NCBI GenBank assembly: GCA_046563655.1
Contig: CM102287.1
Location: forward strand, 9,362,001 to 9,426,000
DNA from: Yuukianura sp. NJ FZ-2021
Taxonomy: Eukaryota
Direction of reading: 5' to 3'
DNA: 64,000 nucleotides
The position numbers and the translations under genes were made by a program. Numbering within the stretch: position 1 is the first letter of the stretch; each line of letters starts with the position of its first letter. This document shows, in pieces, positions 55,183-64,000 of the stretch. A model generated the notes under the pieces. The model worked only from the letters and a program-made list of their open reading frames with translations. It searched no databases and had not been told where the DNA came from.

Positions 55183-56102
55183 CGGTTACAGATGGAATCC
55201 ATTCAGGAACTGAACAAACGCTTTGCAGAAGCAGAATCCGCCGCGGCGTCTCGAGAGCACGCTGAACCGTGAATCATTTTGACACTACGCTTTGGGATTT
55301 GGCATAAATTGGGAAATCTCAGAAACGTTTCTATATATAACCAAAAAAAGTGGAGTTAGAAAAATCCCTGCCATATTTGATTATTGTTAGCTTATTTTTT
55401 CAAAGGTCAAGGTCAAAGGTCAAAAGTTTCTGTTGAGGAGTCCACTAAATATAGTTAAGACGCTGCTGATGGAGGTATAGAACGCAGAGTGTACTATACT
55501 TTTAAAACGGAGTAAAGTTAACTATTTGTCGTTATTAAAATTTGAAAAAAAATAAAGTTTTTGGAAAAGTTGGAAATTTTTAGGTTCCGTCCTGAATACT
55601 TTTTACTAAAAAATTATTTTAGAGTGTCTTCAGTATCGTAGTTGTTTTACTCCCACGGGCGCTTCTTTCATTGTTTTTTTCGAAAAACTGAATTCTGAAT
55701 TATGATTTCTGAATTTTAGAATTTTGAAAATGGAAAGAGCAGGCGAGTAGGGTTAGGATAGTTGAAAATAATTGAATTTTGTTGATAATTTATTTTTTGA
55801 ATTCCCATTTTTTAGGAAAAGTTGAAACGATGAAACGTGATTTTTGTGAAGATCCATTTTTAGGAGGGAAAATTTAAATTTAGACATTTGTTGACGGTTG
55901 ACTGCAGTCTCTAAATTATCCTGATTTGGTAAATAACCTTTCTAGTGCTCCCGAGCCTACAAATTGAATGATTATGAAAATTTTGAGCATTTTGAAGCGC
56001 GTCCTCCGCTTCTGAGTTTTTACTTTCAGATTTTTCTAAACTTGGATTTTCCAGAAGATCAAAGTTCAGTCAGTCGCAGAAACGTCTTCTCTTATATTCG
56101 TC

Positions 56103-56377
56103 ATGAAAATCTTGTCGTGGAAATCCATCTACGCCGTCGCAGCAGCCTTTCTGATTCTCTTAATAATCAACTGCGGTACTACAGGTACAATAAGCTTTGC
56201 GAATTTTGAAATTATAATAATTGTTCAAAATTTTGAAACCAAAGTTTTCATTTTGTTTGAACAGATGGAATGTTCTTGAGCTGGAACAGTAACTGTGTTA
56301 ACGGACACCGTGTTCCTGATTCCAGAGGGCCGAAACAGGGAAGAGCCTATGGACAACTGAAGCGACAAAAATGTTGA
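56103..56377 (+). CDS. Small secreted cationic peptide precursor (64 aa), absent from the ORF track
   Basis: Exon 56103-56184, 80-nt GT-AG intron, exon 56265-56377: MKILSWKSIYAVAAAFLILLIINCGTTDG-MFLSWNSNCVNGHRVPDSRGPKQGRAYGQLKRQKC*. Phase-1 intron directly after the signal peptide; exons are GC-richer than the flanks. Confidence 0.7.
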
Positions 56378-56842
56378 ATCAGTTCAGTAGTTTTGAAAAA
56401 TTGGATTTAAAAAAATGGTTTTTAATTTTAAGTTTTATGTGGGACAAGAGCATCGTTAGCTATAAGGTAAAGGCAAACTGACGCAAAGCGATTTCAATGT
56501 TTTTTGACACCCGAATTTGTGATAACAAATTACATATGTAAACGTAAGTAGTTTTCCACGAAGCGATTTCCGCAATTTTCGAAATTGCGGTTGAACAGCA
56601 ACCTTGAAATTGTGTTACCAGTTAGAAATAATTTACTCACTTGTCAACTTGTAAGTATTGTTGTACTGCAAAGATCAATTTGTCAATTGTCAGGAACTTC
56701 ATAGCGTCGTTCACCGCAAGTCCATGGCGTCAATTTCCGAATGACGCTTAATTTTTAGGAACAATGGACACATCTGTGGAAAAATTTGAAATAAAAACTC
56801 TCCCGCTTCCGACCAAGAGCTACAGAGTCCGCATTTTCCAAA

Positions 56843-58554
56843 ATGGCGACGCTTTTCCTCCTTTCTTTGGTACTTTTGGCGGGGCAGCTTGAGGCAATTG
56901 GCCTCGGAAGTCTCATTGGCGGTGGGGGAAGTGGCGGTGGTGGAAAAGTCGCTACAAGAAACGTTTTCATCAACATGGCTCAAGGGGTGGAGCCTATTCT
57001 GGCCCAAATCAACAGCAGAACGTTTTCATCTCGTGAAGAACGGCTCAATACAGTCCACAGTTTGCTTACAGCGCATGCTGCTTTGACTCAAGGGCCCCTG
57101 ATCAACTTTTTGAATGGGCCAGTGGGGGCCCTTAGCGGGAATCTGTTGGGCTTCCAGTCCTTCTGGATCTCGAATCAACTGTTTCTGAAGGGCGTCAACT
57201 CAGGGCTGCTCACGGCGCTTCTTTCGGCATTTCCGAATGAAATTGCATCGGTTGAGGACGAGCCGCACTTTAAGATTGAACCGGCTATTGAACAGTATGA
57301 GGCAGAGGAAGAAGCGGTAGATGAAGAATCGCTGGAAGCCAGACAGCGAGGCGGCAGCGGTGCTTGGGGAGTGACCAAAATCCAAGCTCCGGAGGTATGG
57401 CGTCAGTATAATGTCAGAGGCAAAGGAGTTGTCGTGGGAGTCATTGACACTGGAGTCCGGTACACCCATGAAGCAATTGCATCCAACTTCCGGTCGAATT
57501 ACGGCTGGTACGATCCGTCTGCCCGGTCACGCACGCCAAACGACGGAAATGGTCACGGAACACACTGTACCGGTGAGTTAAAGTTACAATTAAATGATTT
57601 TGATTTGATGATAACTTAAAAGTTCATGACTTTTTAACTTGACCTTTGACCTCGCTTGTATAGGTACAATTTGTGGCAAGACGAGAGGAATTGGGGTTGC
57701 TCCTGACGCACAATGGATTGCTTGCAAAGGTAAGTAAAGGGGAGGAAACTTCTCAAAAAATGAAAAAAAAAATTGGAATCTTGTTCAAAATTTTGATTTT
57801 TTTGATATTATTTTCAGGATGCGCTGGAGATTCTTGTTCCGGTTCCGATTTGACTGCTTGCGGTGAATTCATGGCATGTCCGACTGATACCCAGAAAAGC
57901 AACCCGAACTGCGGCATGGCACCACACATCGTTAGCAACAGTTGGGGCGGTGAGTTTTAAAAAAAAATCAAAAATCAGTTAAAAATTTGCTAAAATGTGA
58001 AATTTTATCCCTTTTTTTCAATCTCAGGCGGCGGTGGACAAACTTGGTACGACCGAATCGTCCGATCCTGGAGAGCTGCTGGAATCATTCCAGTTTTCGC
58101 TATCGGTAACAACGGACGTTGCAACTCTGCTGGATCTCCTGGAGACGGACCTGATGTGCTTGGCATTGCATCGACGACCAGTGACGACAACCTGTCCAGC
58201 TTCAGTAGTCGAGGACCTGGACCAAACAACCGTCAGAAACCGGACTTTGCTGCACCAGGGTCTGGCATCCTATCGGCTGGAAAAAATTCTAACAGCGAAT
58301 ACGTCCAAATGTCTGGAACGAGTATGGCTTGTCCACATGCTGCTGGAGTGGTTGCACTGATGGTTTCGGCCAAGCCGGGTATAAAATACGATGAAGTCAA
58401 AAACGCCATTCTCCGGCGGGGAGTTGACACGAATCTGAGAACTCCGAGCCCAAGATGCCCTCCGGGAACAACCGGACTTCGGTTTCCTAATGTCGAATAT
58501 GGATACGGTAGAGTCAATGCACTCAAGTGTGTTGGAGCCGTCAGAGGGCGATAA
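56843..58554 (+). CDS. Secreted subtilisin-family (S8) serine protease, bacillopeptidase-F-like
   Basis: Exons 56843-57572, 57664-57729, 57818-57949, 58028-58554. Signal peptide, prodomain, catalytic triad VIDTG / GHGTHCTG / GTSMACPH, oxyanion AIGN, SNSWG, FSSRGP...KPD, YGYGRVNA. Confidence 0.95.
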
Positions 58555-58821
58555 ACATAATTTGATGTTCACGTTGCATTCAATAAAAGATTTCTTCATT
58601 TATTAGTGTAGTTATATTTGCCAAATTTTGAACAAAAAAGGCTATACCATCACAGGCAAAAAGTGCTTATGAAATATCGATTTTCTGAGTCGCTCGGAGG
58701 TTGTGTGAGAGAAAATTCTCTTTTTCATCGTGAAAGTTTTGAAAAAGAGAAAGCAGTTTGAAATTTCGGTTTTTGTTGAAGATTTTGTTCAAATACTCAA
58801 AATTTTTAGTGTTTTTAGAAA

Positions 58822-60120
58822 ATGCCGTGGAGGTATGGTAAGGATACTTGCAGGGATGCAATTTGCAAAGTGTCCCTTGACCCTACCACTGGGGGACCCT
58901 TCAGTTCTGGAGATGAAGTGCGAGGAAATGTCGAAGTAAACTGTGACAAACCCACTTTGTTTTACGGTAACATTTTTGAAATAACAACTAAAAACTTAAA
59001 AACTTTTTTAAAAACTTACTGTTGTTCGAAATTTGATTTTTACAGGATGTAAAGTAGTCCTTGAAGGGCGAGTTCTTGTGAAGTTCAAAATTGGGATGGA
59101 CATTCATACCAAAACGGAGCTGCTCGTTGAACGACCATCGATACTTGCTGGAGACGGTTTCACGAAACTGTTGATCAGTCCACCCTACACAGCCTTTCCG
59201 TTCACCTTGACCTTCCCTGTAGATGATCTTCCTGGATCCTATTCCAGTCCAAACGGCTCAATCATCTACCAGATTGTAGCTTACTTCAGTAACTCCCGGG
59301 TATTCTTCAAGAGAGCCGAGAAAACAGTGAATGTCAAACCACAACTTACAATTCCCCCGTCCGTTGCCAGTTCCAGTCCAGTGGTGCTGTCAGGTCAAGG
59401 GTCAGGCGGAGGTCACTGGATAGTCACACTAATTCAGGGATCAGTTTATGTGATAGGGGAAGAAATTCTGGTTAACATTGTTGCATGTGACCCAGATGCA
59501 GAGTCCTGGATCGGCCGAATTGTTTTGCACCAAAAAACTCGGTACAGTGCCGGTCCATCCAAAACGGTAAAACAAACGTTCGGTAGAGCTTTGCTGTTTG
59601 AACTACAACGAAACTGGAACGGAGTGTTTCGAATTCCGACTTCGGCGAGACCAGACCAAAAAGGCTTGATTGAAATTGAGCATTATTTGACCGTAAGCAG
59701 CAATTTTGGATTTCTCGAAAACTAGACTAAAACTTTAAATTTTTGATTCTTCATCTGTTTAGATTGGAGTAAGGCAGAATGGTGAGTGTAATGAAGAGGT
59801 CACGAGAGAATGCAAGATCATTTTGTGCACTTCGAGAGGTCAAGAGTCACGTCCTTCTCCCAATACTGCCAGTACTATTAGTAGAGTAGATGATGCTGCC
59901 AGTATTGATCAACCTGTACCTGAAAAAATCGACAGATTTCCGCTTCTTTCTGAACTGCCGACGTACTCCACGTTGAATTTGGCACGATCTCCATCCTGCG
60001 AAACTCGTAAATCCTGTCGATTTAATTGATATTTTAAATAATTTAAATAGATTTTAATTAACATAATAATTTCTTTCTTAATCGTTTTCAGTACCACCGC
60101 AGTATGAAGACATCAAATGA
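58822..60120 (+). CDS. Alpha-arrestin (arrestin-domain-containing protein)
   Basis: Exons 58822-58966, 59046-59692, 59763-60006, 60092-60120. FSSGDEVRGNV, FPFTLTFP..LPGSY..PNGSIIYQI, YVIGEEI, LIEIEHYLT; C-terminal PY motifs LPTY and PPQY. Confidence 0.85.
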
Positions 60121-60625
60121 GAAGTGTACCAAAAGCATAACACATTCAAAAGCAATATGGTAGTCCGTTGACTCAATTCTTAACAGAAGTAATGAGATTA
60201 TAATTTTAATTACGTATAATTAAGTATGTGAGGTGACATTGCATGTTTTAACTTTAGTTAATGCAATTTTAAAATAAAACGCAACTTTGGCTGGTGATAT
60301 AAAGGTCAGAGGGATATCAGGCATTTTGTTGTGCTGACTCACGCTTAAACAAGGATGTTTGCGAGGTCAACACCTTGTATTTAGCAGTTAATCATTAATC
60401 CGATGTAGATTAATTGATGAATTGATGTGGATAAGGCAGAACATGTTGGCCCTCTGGCGCTCGTTCGTGGAGTTCCGTGTTGTTGTGTGCAAAAACATCA
60501 GAACAAAAGCAAGGACACAGAAGTTACACATCCAGGTCTATCCAGGAACAGAGCAGCTGATCCATCATCATCTTCCTCAATTGTTACCAATTCAATTACT
60601 TTCCATCAATTGATCTACCATCAAC

Positions 60626-60826
60626 ATGGCCGACAAGTACGAAGAGTACAACTACGAACAAGACAACTACATGCACGCTGGAAGTGGCAAAGGTCGATCC
60701 AAGAAAGAGTCATCTGAGCACACCAATCATCACAATCCAGGAGGTCACGAACGCAAGATTGTAACGAAGTTGCAAAATACTGAGCAAAACAAGAAAGGTC
60801 AAAGTGGATCTCCACCGAAACATTAA
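60626..60826 (+). CDS. NUPR1: Nuclear protein 1 (p8) family stress-response protein, 66 aa
   Basis: D.YE.YN......GKGRSKKE...HTN...PGGHERKIVTKLQNTE matches the p8/NUPR1 family signature. Confidence 0.92.
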   Translation: MADKYEEYNYEQDNYMHAGSGKGRSKKESSEHTNHHNPGGHERKIVTKLQNTEQNKKGQSGSPPKH

Positions 60827-61451
60827 GTGACATGGACCCCTTGACACTTTGACCTTTGTGACGACGTCTTTTTTAGAATAATCTTCAATCTACAATTGGG
60901 TATTCCTATTCTTTGTAAATTCTGAGTACTATTCTAAAATAACTTCTAAATAGAGCCAATTTGTCATTAATTGCCTGAATCACAGGCAATCTTGTCATCA
61001 TTAATTATCATTCCAAGTCCTAATTTACTTAAATGTGGAATTAATTACACTTAAATCCTACAAAAAATTAAAAATAATCTAAAAACATATTGCTGCTACA
61101 TTCACGAATTGCGTCATTCGTTTTTTTTCAACAACTGTGTGCTGGTTTGGGGTGAATTGTGTATTTGAGACTGTTGTTTAGATTTATTGAATTGTGTTTT
61201 TTTTTTTCAGTTTTCTAAAAAAAAATTTACTTTTCTAAAAACTAAAATTTGAAAAGCAACTGTGAACTGAATTTTTCATTCAAACGATCTTAGGGGCTTT
61301 AAACTTCTGTTTTCTGCATCTGGCACTCAAATTGTGCAAATATTTCAGCAGTACTTGCAAAGTAAGTATCAAAGCGCAAAGCGTTTTTATCATGTGCCGT
61401 TTCTCATAAAACTTCAGTTTCGAAAAATTAAAAAACTAACTTTTTTGAAAA

Positions 61452-62927
61452 TTATTTTGGTTTGTAGACCACTGGTGGCTTCATTTTTGAAATCAGAACT
61501 TGCCATGCGTCCATCTGCCTAACATCAATTCCCGCCATTAGTACTTGGAATCCAAGGTCAATGGCTCTTGCCAGTTTCCTTTCAGTGGCATTCAGTTGAC
61601 CTTTGACCTCTCTTTCCAATGTCTTCTGAAACTCTGCAACTGTTCTTCTGTAATGCTGCCCAATACTCTCAATGTTCTCGATATCGAATCCCTTCTGCGC
61701 ATGTTCCAGAATCTCTTTGGCCATGGGTATCACAGCGTGAGTTGCCAAGTACTTCCGGACGAACAGATCCACCCTGTAGGGAACCGGTTTTAAAAAGACA
61801 TTGGACTGAAGCAGCAGTCTACCGTTGGGATTCAGATACTGCGAAACGGTATCGAAAAAGTTCCGGTAGTGTGTCGGTCCGCCTATATGTTCTAACATGT
61901 GAAGACAAACGACACGGTCAAAGTGACCTGTGTATTGGTCCAGGAAAGCACGGTAGTCTCCTATGATAAACATAATTGCCGAACTCTGAACCGATCCGAT
62001 TTTTTGTCTCGCAAGTTCGATTTCTTCTGAGCAGTTGTTGATTCCTACAATCTGGACATCGGGGAAGTTTCTGGTCAAGTACAAAGCAAATTCTCCTGTA
62101 CCACAACCAATGTCCAGAATACGCATGCCTGGACGCAGGTCAAGTTTCTGACTAAGGATTTCCATGTTCCTGGTGAGCGCTTGTGCAAGAATGATGGACG
62201 AATCTATATCGTCGCCTGGTGTTGCAGCAGTCGTGTCCCAGTAGCCTGACGAGTACGGCGTACCCTCGGGCATTACTTGTATCATAATTTTGTCTAAAAA
62301 CAAATTCAAAAAAAGAGTTGAAAATTGTTTTTTTAAGGTTGTTTTCATAATTTTGGAATCTTACTTGCAGGACCGGTTATCCAATCACTGTCAGGCTTAT
62401 TGTCATCCCACGGTGTCTCGGCAGCATGTAAGTAAATCCAGTCCCGAGCAACGTGAAGCGGATTCCGGAAAGTGCCGAATCCTTGAAAAACGCGTTTCAT
62501 CAAAAGCTGGATGTCCGAGCATTCCCACACGCCGTTCAAATAGCCTTCACCAACGGCAATTGACCCCTGAGTGGCCATGTTCAAAAATAAGTTGGGATCG
62601 TTCACTACAAACTCAATTTCACGTGATTCGTCCGATCCGATTTGCTCAAGGTCAAGACCTTCTTCCGACCCTTAAAAAATTCAAATTCAAAATTTCCAAA
62701 AACTCTGTCCTCCAAATACTTCAAAAATCGTTTTCTTTTTCCAAAAGTTAAGTACCTATGCTTGTGCCTTGTCCCAGGACCACTTTAACTCCAACTTTTG
62801 CTAAACTTTTAGTTGCAATGAAATTCAAAACGAATCGCAACGGGCGGAGGATCAAGTACTGCACGAATGTTAAAATTCTTAAGAAAATTATGAGCAACCA
62901 GAACACGTAAGTAAGTAAGGAATGCAT
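61452..62927 (-). CDS. Cyclopropane-fatty-acyl-phospholipid synthase (Cfa/CMAS)-like SAM methyltransferase with an N-terminal hydrophobic segment
   Basis: Exons 62927-62756, 62670-62365, 62293-61452. Cfa-type N-terminal domain (VNDPNLF...QGSIAVGEGYLNGVWEC), YSSGYW, KLDLRPGMRILDIGCGTG, GDYR, FDRVV..MLEHIG..HYRNFF, LNPNGRLLL, IGQHYRRT. Confidence 0.88.
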
Positions 62928-63742
62928 TTTGAACTAAAGTTAAAGACTAATTTTAGGTTAGGTAAAGTTAGGCTTTTAGCCTAACAATTTGCTACCACAG
63001 TTGCTTACTCTCAGAGGTCACTCAGGTCAATGTTAGTCTAATTGAAGTAATTGTTGGAACTTTCCTAAGAAATTTACAACTGCCTTCATGACTCTCATGA
63101 CGCACACTCCAGGAAATGTTGGACATTTTACACTACCAAAAAGTACTTTGGGTAAAACCTAAACAGCATGAATTCCCACACTATAAAATAATAAAAGTTG
63201 AACGCAAGAATTATTGTTATAGTCTTTTAAAAAAAAGAAGTTAAAAAAAGTGTACAAGAAAACCATTTTACGAAAAACAAAATTTAATGAGCGCCTGAAC
63301 CGGTTTGGAAGGAACAATATGGAGGTAAAAGTAGATTACAGGTTATATAAAGCAACAAGTTTAAACTTCAAAACACAAAAACAAACAGAACATCTAAATT
63401 TAATTTGTTAATTGATTTTAACCAAGATTAGATTAGAAACAAGAAAGATGTTAAACAAGATTAAAAAATGTCGCCGTCCTTCGATTCTCAATGATCGAAA
63501 AGTTACTACTGTTGTTGTGTTACTATTTTTATTGCTTAAGTTCGTAGTTGCCTCCACCATGTTTAACAAAAAAAACTAATTAAATATTTCAATTAACTGA
63601 ACATAATGTAAAGTTAACATAACGTGGCTACCTAATATGCAAATTAGGTTTTTAACATAAACGATTGCCATCCGAAATGAAAATTAAATTGTAAAGTAGA
63701 TTTTTTTTTGTTCTTGAGAATGCTAAATAATTTTGTTTAAAT

Positions 63743-64000
63743 TTAAACATTCGCGGGCGTATCTGCCCGGGCGAAAACGACGCCATAGACTTTGTGTCCA
63801 ACGGAAAACGATTCGGCAAACCCGGTTTGCCGCAAGAGGGCGTCCCATTCGTCAGTTTTGAGCAAAGGGCAATTGTGTGTCCGAAATTCGTCACCCCATC
63901 GCCACCACCCGCCCGCAAAACCGAAACTGATTTCCAGGAATGTCGTACTTTCAAAAACTTCGCCAAGAACCAAAAGCCCGCCATCTTTCAAAGCCGTTCT
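63743..64000 (-). CDS. 3' end of a gene terminating in a polyketide-synthase-type C-methyltransferase domain (partial)
   Basis: Frame is open from the window edge: RTALKDGGLLVLGE...ISFGFAGGWWRWGDEFR..CPLLKTDEWDALLRQTGF...*. This fits the L.PGG.L.L.E...FG..GWW...D.R...PLL....W..LL...GF pattern of PKS/NRPS cMT domains. Confidence 0.75.
   Translation of the reverse strand, partial: RTALKDGGLLVLGEVFESTTFLEISFGFAGGWWRWGDEFRTHNCPLLKTDEWDALLRQTGFAESFSVGHKVYGVVFARADTPANV

Noticed and set aside
60422..60833. Overlapping ORFs around NUPR1 (60422-60613, 60427-60717, 60621-60833)
   Set aside because: Only 60626-60826 matches a known family; the others have non-ATG starts or are antisense and have no support.
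56843..64000. Bacterial or fungal contamination as the source of the microbe-like genes
   Set aside because: The subtilase and Cfa-like genes have short GT-AG introns like their neighbours and are interleaved with animal genes (alpha-arrestin, NUPR1).

Overview
Eukaryotic, AT-rich genomic DNA with short GT-AG introns (mostly about 60-110 nt). It is most consistent with a hexapod; odorant-binding proteins plus several intron-bearing microbe-like enzymes suggest a springtail, but that is inference. I assembled spliced gene models by hand from splice sites and frame phase. Left end: heme oxygenase (-, runs off the window), an orphan secreted Pro/Thr-rich protein, two tandem 8-Cys OBP-like paralogs separated by a MITE-like relic, a compact MARF1/limkain-b1-like gene (NYN-RRM-LOTUS) and RPB4. 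Middle: a 43-kb type-I membrane receptor with about 9 Ig domains, head-to-head with RPB4, carrying a same-strand nested lipocalin gene, micro-exons and a candidate UGA-CGG stop-readthrough tail. Right end: an unannotated 64-aa secreted cationic two-Cys peptide, a bacillopeptidase-F-like subtilase, an alpha-arrestin, NUPR1/p8, a divergent cyclopropane-fatty-acid-synthase-like methyltransferase and the 3' end of a gene finishing in a PKS-type C-methyltransferase domain. The best leads are the tandem microbe-like methyltransferase pair, the hidden peptide gene, the readthrough candidate and strong enrichment of DR1 (AGGTCAAAGGTCA) and AAGTGAAAGT motifs. No rRNA, tRNA or CRISPR array was recognised.
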